Positions 15,925 through 23,252 are shown, numbered from the stretch's first letter. The stretch: DNA of 26,211 bases from a virus (IMGVR_UViG_3300037243_000077:1-26211), one strand, 5' to 3'. Notes: generated from the letters alone by a model not told the origin. Numbers and translations: made by a program.

Positions 15925-17220
15925 CTAATCTCCCTCTCTATACTCTAACTGTTGACTGCCACTACCTCGCACTACCTCGCCGTTTTCCATGACTACGCCA
16001 CAGTTCCCGTCCGTACTGACCTTCTCCAGCCATATCTGCCAGTCATTGTCGTCGGCCATGTCGGATATCAACTGCAAACTATCATCATCCAACAGGCTAC
16101 CGTCCTTGATCCTCATTACTCTGAGTTGACTATTACCGGCCATCGCTATCGCCACACTCACTCTGAGCCGCTCGGCGTCACTAGCCTGATCCAGTGGCAG
16201 ACCATTGTAGATGACCTCGCCATCGCCAAACGATAGTCCGTCCAGAGGCATAATAGCGTTAGATATGGCGTCAGTTTTAGATTGTTCACGATCCGCTATG
16301 GACTGTGTAAGACTATTGCTGTCATTCTCTAACTGTGCCCATTCTATACTCAGACTATTACGGCGATTCAGGACATCGAGTTGTTTGTTAGTCTCTCTAG
16401 CCTGTTCAATTTGTAACGCTAAATCATCGGCATCCAATAGCTCATCAGGCTCAGGCATTGCTATCAATTCAGCCTGATACTCATTGGCTTGTCGTTCGAG
16501 CGTGTCAGCTTCCTCCATCAGAGTCATCGCCATATCCCGCTTGCTGTCGGCGAGTTTCCGGCAACTAGCTATGGAGTCGGCAGTATTTGACCGTGCGTAG
16601 GCTGACTTTTCGATTGCTGAGTTATGCTTGGACACCGACTGTAGCTGGGCGATCAGCTCGGATATGTCAATCGGCTCGCTCGGTAGTCCTCCTATTACCT
16701 GTATTGCGTCTCTCTGTGCGGCTACAGCTTTGGCTTGGCGATTGACTAATGTGCGCCGGTCATAATCAACCTTATTGGCGGCGTCGAGGGCGTCAATGTC
16801 TATACCGCCCAAATCAACCATACCGCGCAAGGTATTTAGCTGGGATTTGGCGTCCATTCTAGTAAATGCCAAGGGGTCAAAGGTTAATTTCCCGAGTAGT
16901 TCATCGAGCATCGTCTGTGGGGATGGGTAGCGAGAGCCATTCTTTGCCTCGACCGTCAGACTACTATTGCCACCCTCAGTAAATTTACGGGTAACAGTTA
17001 TATCGCCTAGGTCCAATGTGACGTGACCTTTGCCCTGCCCTTGCCGGACTGGATGTGACGGGACTGAGCCTGTACCCGCCAATGCCGCCATGATTGCATC
17101 GAGGCAGCTCGACTTTCCACTGCCGTTTCTGCCTGTAATCTGAATCAGATTCTCAGTCGGCCTGATCTGGATAACCTTGAGCTTCTTAAAGTTCTCTGCC
17201 CACATCTCTATTATCCGCAT
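15925..17220 (-). CDS. Short SMC/RecN/SbcC-like ABC ATPase
   Basis: ENFK, Walker A GRNGSGKS, central coiled coil, signature-like ASDAER, Walker B-like RIKDGSLLD. Confidence 0.88.
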   Translation of the reverse strand: MRIIEMWAENFKKLKVIQIRPTENLIQITGRNGSGKSSCLDAIMAALAGTGSVPSHPVRQGQGKGHVTLDLGDITVTRKFTEGGNSSLTVEAKNGSRYPSPQTMLDELLGKLTFDPLAFTRMDAKSQLNTLRGMVDLGGIDIDALDAANKVDYDRRTLVNRQAKAVAAQRDAIQVIGGLPSEPIDISELIAQLQSVSKHNSAIEKSAYARSNTADSIASCRKLADSKRDMAMTLMEEADTLERQANEYQAELIAMPEPDELLDADDLALQIEQARETNKQLDVLNRRNSLSIEWAQLENDSNSLTQSIADREQSKTDAISNAIMPLDGLSFGDGEVIYNGLPLDQASDAERLRVSVAIAMAGNSQLRVMRIKDGSLLDDDSLQLISDMADDNDWQIWLEKVSTDGNCGVVMENGEVVRGSGSQQLEYREGD

Positions 17221-17225
17221 TGCGA

Positions 17226-17471
17226 TTATTCTCCCTCTTCAGTCTCTTCTGGCCCCGATGAAAACGTAACACTCTGCGCCCTCACTAAAGCCTTGGGATG
17301 ATCTTTATAATCGGGCGCGTAATAGTAGCTGAGTTTGAGTTCCCATTTAACCCTAACATGAGGGCGGCAACATAACACTCTATCCAGAGCCAGACTTATC
17401 AACCTAGCTCCGGCTGTGAATGGTGAGATGTATTTGTGAATATCCTTGGGCGGTTTCTGTACCCTCATCAC
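17226..17471 (-). CDS. Hypothetical protein
   Basis: G-rich SD upstream; follows a TTGACA box at 17518-17523. Confidence 0.55.
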   Translation of the reverse strand: MMRVQKPPKDIHKYISPFTAGARLISLALDRVLCCRPHVRVKWELKLSYYYAPDYKDHPKALVRAQSVTFSSGPEETEEGE

Positions 17472-17536
17472 TAGTCCCCCCTCTACCCTCTACTGTTAGA
17501 TACCATTTACAACCCGGTGTCAACAGTAATCTCAAA

Positions 17537-17767
17537 CTATTTCAACTGTCGCGGTGCAGTCTCGATATACAGATTCTCCCGTCTGCAATCCAGAGTATTT
17601 CCATTTCTAAACGCTACCCTCTCATCACTTCTCAATTTCCTGCCCAACTCCATCTCCATAATCATATTCTGCATGTAGATCAACTCACCAGTGTCGGGGC
17701 CGGTGCGAACGGCATAGACATCTACGTTCTCGGGGTTGCGGCAGGCTAGTTTACGTTTATTTCTCAT
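17537..17767 (-). CDS. Degenerate HNH-like protein
   Basis: YMQNMIMEMELGRKL...VAFRNGNTLDCRRENL lacks the usual His residues; ATGA-coupled start at 17767. Confidence 0.65.
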   Translation of the reverse strand: MRNKRKLACRNPENVDVYAVRTGPDTGELIYMQNMIMEMELGRKLRSDERVAFRNGNTLDCRRENLYIETAPRQLK

Positions 17768-18303
17768 TTCGCTAAACCTTTCTTGCGGCGTTGACGGGCA
17801 GGAAAATTGAACCACGCAAATTCTCCATGCAATTCTCGAATTTTATCGTCATAGGCGTAAGCGGCCTTCTTAGGGTCGTCAAAGTATCCCAGCCAAATCT
17901 TCTTTCCTAGATAGTCCACGACAGCTTGATACTTTTTAGGGTTCTTGCCCGACTTGCAAACCCCTTTGTAGCCGCTCTTATTATTGCAACTCGGGCCGCG
18001 ATTTTGATTATTTCCATTCTCATCTGAAATACGCAGATTACGCCGACGATTGTTGAGGCCATCACCATCCTTATGATCCACATCAATACACGGATCATCC
18101 ACCCTGAGCAAGGCACGGTGCATAAAAAGTATCCTCTGCCGTCGTGGGCCTTCGGGCCACGGGATGCTGCGTGCGGCACAGAAATGCCCAGAGCATTTTA
18201 TGGCATACCATTTATGCATAGACAGCTCGGGGTATTCGACAGCATCCACCCGAGTCGTTTTACCCTGAGTGAGTAAGATAGTACGAAACCTTGGCGAGGT
18301 CAT
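17764..18303 (-). CDS. HNH-AP2 endonuclease
   Basis: FMHR...VDHKDGDGLNNRRRNLR; AP2 domain SGYKGV...LGYF...AAYAYD...GEFA. Confidence 0.93.
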   Translation of the reverse strand: MTSPRFRTILLTQGKTTRVDAVEYPELSMHKWYAIKCSGHFCAARSIPWPEGPRRQRILFMHRALLRVDDPCIDVDHKDGDGLNNRRRNLRISDENGNNQNRGPSCNNKSGYKGVCKSGKNPKKYQAVVDYLGKKIWLGYFDDPKKAAYAYDDKIRELHGEFAWFNFPARQRRKKGLAK

Positions 18304-18899
18304 AGCACTCCCATACGTTTACCATGATTCACTATACAGTCCCAATTTTCCTGAATCTCCCTCTCCGTAAACTCCAATTTTACCCCCTTGGCTATCGGTG
18401 TAGGAGGATGCCAATTACCACAAATAAAGAAGCAGATAAGCTCCGCATGAGTAGTACCGACGAGGGCACAGTAGCTCTTTACTTGCATTGTTTCCTGCCA
18501 GAAATATGTCTCAAGCTGATCAAATTTGTAGGCGCTCATCCAGCGCACCTTGATCTCTATGACTGTTAGCTCGCCATCGTCCTCGACCCTAATCCGGTCA
18601 GGCGTTCCCACAATGCCATTCAGTTCGTATTCTCCAGGCTGTACAATGGAGCCGTCCTGTAGAGCTTTGTTGAATGCCATATCCCATAAATATTCAAATG
18701 TCCAGCCGCCGGCAGCATAGGCATTCAAATCCTCCTCCGAGATAGAGCCGTTACCCTTACTCTTGCCGATAGCAGCGGCAAGGTCGCGAATAATGTCAGT
18801 GAGATGTGGACGATGATCGTGGGAGCGTGGAAGGCCGTCATCGGGCTCAGGTCCGCGAACCATGCTAATGTAATCGACATCTAGGGGGGTGATGATCAT
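18300..18899 (-). CDS. PD-(D/E)xK exonuclease (Cas4/RecB-like fold)
   Basis: E...GIVGTPD...VIEIK...Q...Y motif order. Confidence 0.8.
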   Translation of the reverse strand: MIITPLDVDYISMVRGPEPDDGLPRSHDHRPHLTDIIRDLAAAIGKSKGNGSISEEDLNAYAAGGWTFEYLWDMAFNKALQDGSIVQPGEYELNGIVGTPDRIRVEDDGELTVIEIKVRWMSAYKFDQLETYFWQETMQVKSYCALVGTTHAELICFFICGNWHPPTPIAKGVKLEFTEREIQENWDCIVNHGKRMGVL

Positions 18900-18956
18900 C
18901 TATCCACCTGCATCCACACTACTCACATTCATATTCGTTACCATCACTCTCCCCCT

Positions 18957-19067
18957 CTATCTCTCAGTGTGATTGAAAGCCGTCACTACCACCCATATTG
19001 CCGCTATCGCTATTAACTCAGTGGCCACGATAATGACAACTAGCCTGAATATATCGGAATCAGTCAC
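18957..19067 (-). CDS. Small single-TM peptide (missing from ORF track)
   Basis: GTG start; ...RLVVIIVATELIAIAAIWVVVTAF... Confidence 0.5.
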   Translation of the reverse strand: MTDSDIFRLVVIIVATELIAIAAIWVVVTAFNHTER

Positions 19068-19089
19068 TATGCCCTCTACCCTCTACCCC

Positions 19090-19287
19090 CTACCCTCTAC
19101 CGTTGCCCTTGTTATACTCAGCAAACTTGGCAATCCAATCTTCTCTGGTCTTACCCTCCAGATCAATCACGATAGCGTACAAATTCCACGAAAATCCGAC
19201 CACTTTATAATCATCGTCAAACACTAATCCCGTGTGGGGATAGCGAGTAAGTATCTCCATGGTTCTGTCCAGTGTCAGATGTCTCAT
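19090..19287 (-). CDS. Hypothetical protein
   Basis: ATGA-coupled with SD. Confidence 0.6.
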   Translation of the reverse strand: MRHLTLDRTMEILTRYPHTGLVFDDDYKVVGFSWNLYAIVIDLEGKTREDWIAKFAEYNKGNGRG

Positions 19288-19388
19288 GACCGGCCTCTCC
19301 CGTCAGCAGCGTGCTCACAGCGGAAATCGCCGCATTCGCAAGCGTCGGAACCATGCGCGGGTACGGCTCTCTCTGGTTCAGTGCTCAT
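19284..19388 (-). CDS. 34-aa Cys/His microprotein
   Basis: MSTEPERAVPAHGSDACECGDFRCEH...; ATGA overlaps at both ends. Confidence 0.55.
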   Translation of the reverse strand: MSTEPERAVPAHGSDACECGDFRCEHAADGRGRS

Positions 19389-19441
19389 AGCTCGCTCTCA
19401 ATAGTCTCGGCTATCTCCGAGATGTGCTTTTCGTCGCTCAT
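19385..19441 (-). CDS. 18-aa mini-ORF; internally deleted copy of the N-terminus of 19767-20903
   Basis: MSDEKHISEIAETIESEL; ATGA overlaps at both ends; AAGGAG SD. Confidence 0.55.
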   Translation of the reverse strand: MSDEKHISEIAETIESEL

Positions 19442-19443
19442 TT
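19405..19443. repeat. Direct repeat, copy 1 (copy 2 at 20867-20905)
   Basis: 38/39 nt identical; 19396-19415 is also identical to 20717-20736. Confidence 0.95.
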
Positions 19444-19770
19444 CGGCTCCTTCCCATCAACATTTGGCACATTGGACCGGCAAAACTCAGGCAGGTACTT
19501 TGCCATCAACTGCCAGAACAACTTTGCCGAATCATCAATCTTTGACAGATCCTTGCCAACCACCGATCCATCGCTCATTACCGTGAGCGTCACATCCCCC
19601 TTTTCATCCCGTATCTCAATTAGCTTCGGGCCTTGATTGTGGATGGTGATTTGGCTCATGTTTGTGGTGCTGACTACAAAAAGATCATTATTCGGGGTCT
19701 GTCCATACACGGTCTGTCCATATCCACACGTAGAAATTGCCAGTACAACGCAAAGCAATAGCTTCTTCAT
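19438..19770 (-). CDS. Secreted hypothetical protein
   Basis: Signal peptide MKKLLLCVVLAISTCGYG from ATG 19770 (GGAGG SD, ATGA overlap). Confidence 0.7.
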   Translation of the reverse strand: MKKLLLCVVLAISTCGYGQTVYGQTPNNDLFVVSTTNMSQITIHNQGPKLIEIRDEKGDVTLTVMSDGSVVGKDLSKIDDSAKLFWQLMAKYLPEFCRSNVPNVDGKEPK

Positions 19771-20903
19771 TTCTTCCTCCATGGTGCAAGGGCCGCACTC
19801 AGCGCTTCCTGTGCGGCGCATTCTACTTCTATCGGTACGTCATCAAGCTGAAGTTTCTCCACAGCAAAAGCCGCCTCTACCAGATTCGCCACATCCTCTG
19901 CGCTTGGCCCGCTGCGGCTACAGTGAGCAGCGTAGGCTTCCGCAATCTCTGCAACTTCAGTGGAATCACCAGCTTCCCACGGCCCCCATTTATCTACAAA
20001 CTCTCTCGCCGAAAGGTGAGCGCATCCGCCTTCCGGGTGCAGGTTCGATTTGTCGCCATCGCACAACCAGCACTTTCCTTTCGTAAGCAGGTTTCGTTCT
20101 GTGTACCAGATTTGGGCGTGACCTGCACAAAGGTAATCGCTAATATCTGCGTTGGCGTCAGATACGCCTTCTGGCTGTGAGACGGGTACGGCCTCCAACG
20201 GAGCGGGTGGAATTGTCACTAGCCAATCTGGATCGTTAGCCGTATAGGTGGCATCTAGCTCGTTTTCCATCCTCCACGAACCATCTTTCCACACGACGAT
20301 AAAGTTCCGCCTGTTCGGTTCAGCACTCTCTCGCTTCGGTTCATCTACGCTGTCATCACAGGCTGCGAGTGGTGCGGCACTGACAGGCTGCGAGGCGGTT
20401 ACGACTGGTTTTCCAGAGCCTAAGCAATATGGGCAATTCTTCCGGTCGCGGTGCGTTGGATCATCGCAGCGATCTCCGTTGCAGCACTCATCGCAATACA
20501 CTGTTCCGTCACTGCCAAGGAACGTTTTACCGGACGGGTGCGAGACTGGTACGGCCTCACAAATATGCGGAACATGATGACAGATTTTGCACTGTAATTC
20601 CTCGGGCTCGTAGTGCCCTCTGGCCTCACATACTACACAGTGGCATCCTGTCCATACTCCAACACCATCTTTTGTTATGTGGGCCGGAAATCCATTGTGC
20701 TTCGGTTCGGCTGCGATCTCAATAGTCTCGGCTATCCCCGTACCATTGCAGCACATACATAGAGCCTCTCGGGGATTAACAGTCTCGCCAGTGGATGCGT
20801 TTATGGAATCCACCGCAATTGCTTTACCACTTCCACGGCAAAATCCGCAAGTCACCTTGGCCGCGCTCTCGGCTACCTCCGAGATGTGCTTTTCGTCGCT
20901 CAT
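19767..20903 (-). CDS. Modular Cys-rich phage protein (DnaJ-type CxxCxGxG fingers plus other small modules)
   Basis: CGFCRGSG, CMCCNGTG, CPYCLGSG; repeated EAVPVS linkers; GGAGG SD. Confidence 0.8.
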   Translation of the reverse strand: MSDEKHISEVAESAAKVTCGFCRGSGKAIAVDSINASTGETVNPREALCMCCNGTGIAETIEIAAEPKHNGFPAHITKDGVGVWTGCHCVVCEARGHYEPEELQCKICHHVPHICEAVPVSHPSGKTFLGSDGTVYCDECCNGDRCDDPTHRDRKNCPYCLGSGKPVVTASQPVSAAPLAACDDSVDEPKRESAEPNRRNFIVVWKDGSWRMENELDATYTANDPDWLVTIPPAPLEAVPVSQPEGVSDANADISDYLCAGHAQIWYTERNLLTKGKCWLCDGDKSNLHPEGGCAHLSAREFVDKWGPWEAGDSTEVAEIAEAYAAHCSRSGPSAEDVANLVEAAFAVEKLQLDDVPIEVECAAQEALSAALAPWRKK

Positions 20904-20905
20904 TT
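20867..20905. repeat. Direct repeat, copy 2
   Basis: 38/39 nt identical to 19405-19443. Confidence 0.95.
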
Positions 20906-20938
20906 AGCCTCCGTGTTTATCCTTGCCATCCAGTTGAT

Positions 20939-21016
20939 GTTTCAATCCACGCGCCCGTGTGGGGCGCGACCCCCAATCCCGGCGCTGCCACACAGCCATA
21001 ATTGGGTTTCAATCCA
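20939..21016 (-). CRISPR. Type I-C-like CRISPR mini-array: truncated repeat + 35-nt spacer + full repeat; no cas genes in window
   Basis: Minus strand: TGGATTGAAAC (21016-21006), spacer (21005-20971), GTCGCGCCCCACACGGGCGCGTGGATTGAAAC (20970-20939; 7-bp stem, ATTGAAAC end). Confidence 0.92.
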
Positions 21017-21104
21017 TGTTTCAAACAGTAATGGCGGGCTCAAGACTTATTCATCAGCCTATTGCCCGCCAATATAGCTACACATACACTGTTGCCGACT
21101 ACAG

Positions 21105-21692
21105 TTATTCAGCGAGTGAAAGCTGAGCGCCATCATCTCCACTCTTCCGCTTACCGTGGTGCCCTACGATGTAAAGGGCAAATCCGCCGCCCCTCTTTCG
21201 CTTCGGACGAAGCTGTCCACAACCACACGCACAAGGAATTATTTCACACTCTACTGCCGCTGCCGCAGCTTTACGAGCCGGATACCTTCTTCTGTCTAAC
21301 TCCCTACGGCAAGTTAAACAGAACCGCTGTCCGTCAATATTCACATCGTAATTTTGATGCCCACGGGGGCATTCCATTTTCCGCCCATTAACTGCCAGTG
21401 GACTTTCTCCTCTTGCATTATTTATGCATATAGTTACAGGCTCCAAATGCTCGGGGTTGACACAGCCGTGAACGCGGCACAGATGGTCTATTACCAGTCC
21501 CTCCGGTATCGGCCCAAACATCAACTCGTAAGAGAAGCGGTGAGCAAAGATTTTATTCTTGCCACCCCTGAATGTCCCATAACCTAAAGGGGTAAGAGCC
21601 CCTATCCACATCCAGCAAGAGTCTGTCATCTGGACATGATTCCAGAACTCTAAAAATATCTCCTCCTCGCTCATAGCCATGACCCCGTTCAT
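21105..21692 (-). CDS. HNH endonuclease with Zn finger and CACGCG motif
   Basis: CWMWIG...GYG...AHRFSY...IDHLCRVHGCVNPEHLE.VT...N. Confidence 0.92.
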   Translation of the reverse strand: MNGVMAMSEEEIFLEFWNHVQMTDSCWMWIGALTPLGYGTFRGGKNKIFAHRFSYELMFGPIPEGLVIDHLCRVHGCVNPEHLEPVTICINNARGESPLAVNGRKMECPRGHQNYDVNIDGQRFCLTCRRELDRRRYPARKAAAAAVECEIIPCACGCGQLRPKRKRGGGFALYIVGHHGKRKSGDDGAQLSLAE

Positions 21693-21734
21693 TCTATATC
21701 TCCTGTGGAGTAGAATCGAGAGAGGTACTCAAAT

Positions 21735-21764
21735 GGGGCTAGGTAATTGACTCTCCCTAGCCCC
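21735..21764 (-). terminator. Hairpin after the SSB-like gene (weak terminator or stabiliser)
   Basis: 9-bp stem ggggctagg/cctagcccc followed only by ATTT. Confidence 0.5.
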
Positions 21765-21771
21765 TGCAAAG

Positions 21772-22674
21772 CTACTCCGCTAACGAGAGTTCGGCCCCGT
21801 TATAAGCTATGCCTTGGGCTGCGAGTGACGTGAGGAAGTCCTGTCTACCTGACCTCACTATAGCCTGATTACGCTGAGCAGGCGTGTGACCGCCATTGCT
21901 GAACGCCTGGAACACTAGTTTGGTCAAATCCTTCTTGGCTAATGGTGTACCGTCGCCACCAGTGAGGGCTTCAATAACGACAGTAGTAATTTGCTCATCC
22001 AAGTCGCCAGTCGCGGCCTCAGCAGGAGCCTGAGCGGATGTCGTGGCAGGCTGTTGTGCAGGTGGAGGAGTTTTAGCCCCGCCATTAGTCTTGCCCCCTA
22101 CTGCCGCCTTCGACGTAGGCGCTGTGGATGTCTTAGCAGTTACGCTCTCGCCCGGTAGGCTAATGATTTTGCTTACCAATAATAGTGTCTGTGGGCGGTC
22201 AGCATTCTTGCCGGTCCTGATCAAACCCTTACGCTGCTCCTGTACCTCTTGGAGTACGTGAGCTTTGGTCCCGATCACGACCTTGAGATTGCCATCGTCA
22301 AGACGGTCTGCTGGGAATCCGGCATTGACCATGGAGGTAAGGAATTTGCCGAGGTTGGTTGAGTTGTTAATGCTAGTCTTACCGCTAACTGCCACAAATC
22401 CCTCACCGCTATCCTCCGGCGTCCAGTCCTCGGGCTTGCCGACTGAATAATACTGGACATGTTGAGTACCATTCACGTCAGTCAGCTCTAATGCCAGAGC
22501 GGGCGTGGGTACCGAGTTGCCACCGTAGTCAAACATGGTGGTGGCGGCGTCGGTGATTTCGATGTCGATATCGTCGATCAACCCTCCTGCTGTGAATACA
22601 TTGGGGTTCATTGAGATCCGGGCGGGCTTGGAAGGTTCGGGCGCTGCTGCTGGTTGCTGTTTGCCTAGTGCCAT
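21772..22674 (-). CDS. Putative single-stranded DNA-binding protein
   Basis: Beta-rich N-terminal domain, A/P/T/K-rich linker, small helical C-terminal domain; replication-gene context; GAGGA SD. Function inferred. Confidence 0.5.
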   Translation of the reverse strand: MALGKQQPAAAPEPSKPARISMNPNVFTAGGLIDDIDIEITDAATTMFDYGGNSVPTPALALELTDVNGTQHVQYYSVGKPEDWTPEDSGEGFVAVSGKTSINNSTNLGKFLTSMVNAGFPADRLDDGNLKVVIGTKAHVLQEVQEQRKGLIRTGKNADRPQTLLLVSKIISLPGESVTAKTSTAPTSKAAVGGKTNGGAKTPPPAQQPATTSAQAPAEAATGDLDEQITTVVIEALTGGDGTPLAKKDLTKLVFQAFSNGGHTPAQRNQAIVRSGRQDFLTSLAAQGIAYNGAELSLAE

Positions 22675-22805
22675 TTGTAATTCCTCGTTTCCATGTAACT
22701 GTCAGATTGTAGACTATCGTGGATGGGGGCGGGCCTTGGGTTCTACCCGGTACAGCCTCGGCTACTTGCACAGGGCGTTCGCCGTTCTGAGGCACACCAT
22801 ATTGA

Positions 22806-22994
22806 TCAAAACGCTGCTATGCGTTCGGCGAGAATGTTGGAGTATCCCTTCATCACTTCGACCTGCTTCGACAGACGTACCCGTTCAGCGTGAGCGAGAC
22901 TGTAATAGATGTCCGATCCAATGAAAGTGTTGAGCTTCTCCAGTTTGGTGTCTAACTCGGATTTCTCTTCTATAACTCTTTCCTGAAATGTCAC
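22806..22994 (-). CDS. crAss001_48-like helical-hairpin protein
   Basis: FQERVIEEK.ELD.K..KL..FI...L..Q...M..Y..IL..RI..F pattern, recognised from memory. Confidence 0.75.
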   Translation of the reverse strand: MTFQERVIEEKSELDTKLEKLNTFIGSDIYYSLAHAERVRLSKQVEVMKGYSNILAERIAAF

Positions 22995-23009
22995 GTCATC
23001 CCCCTCTGA

Positions 23010-23249
23010 TTATTTCTGACTAGATTTGGCCGCTACCCGCTGCCGTCTGTGCGCTTCCTTGTCACGGCATTTGACATCGTGGTATATCTGCCGAGGGCCG
23101 GTGGGGATAAATTCAATTTTACACCCCCAGGCTTCGCACTTTCTGGATTTGGATTTGATGGACTTGATGGATTTCAATTCCTGTAACCTTTCCACTTCAT
23201 ATGAACAACTCGTATGATGCAAACTATCCCCTGCCCAGACTATTGTCAA
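23010..23249 (-). CDS. Small Zn-finger protein (start uncertain, probably downstream of the promoter)
   Basis: RKCxxxxC...F.P...QIYH...C; paralogue of 25731-25988. Confidence 0.6.
   Translation of the reverse strand: MTIVWAGDSLHHTSCSYEVERLQELKSIKSIKSKSRKCEAWGCKIEFIPTGPRQIYHDVKCRDKEAHRRQRVAAKSSQK
23221..23249 (-). promoter_or_regulatory. Sigma70-type promoter
   Basis: TTGACA-17 nt-TAGTTT; shares TCCTTGACAATAGTC with the promoter at ~5000. Confidence 0.6.
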
Positions 23250-23252
23250 GGA

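Noticed and set aside
18300-18899. Cas4 adaptation gene serving the mini-array
   Set aside because: No four-Cys Fe-S pattern and no cas1/cas2; such nucleases are common in phage replication modules
19396-20905. Diversity-generating retroelement TR/VR pair or attL/attR sites
   Set aside because: Repeats are short with only one mismatch; no reverse transcriptase or integrase in the window
22724-22798. Canonical tRNA gene
   Set aside because: No TTC T-loop and no proper anticodon arm; kept only as a candidate structured RNA
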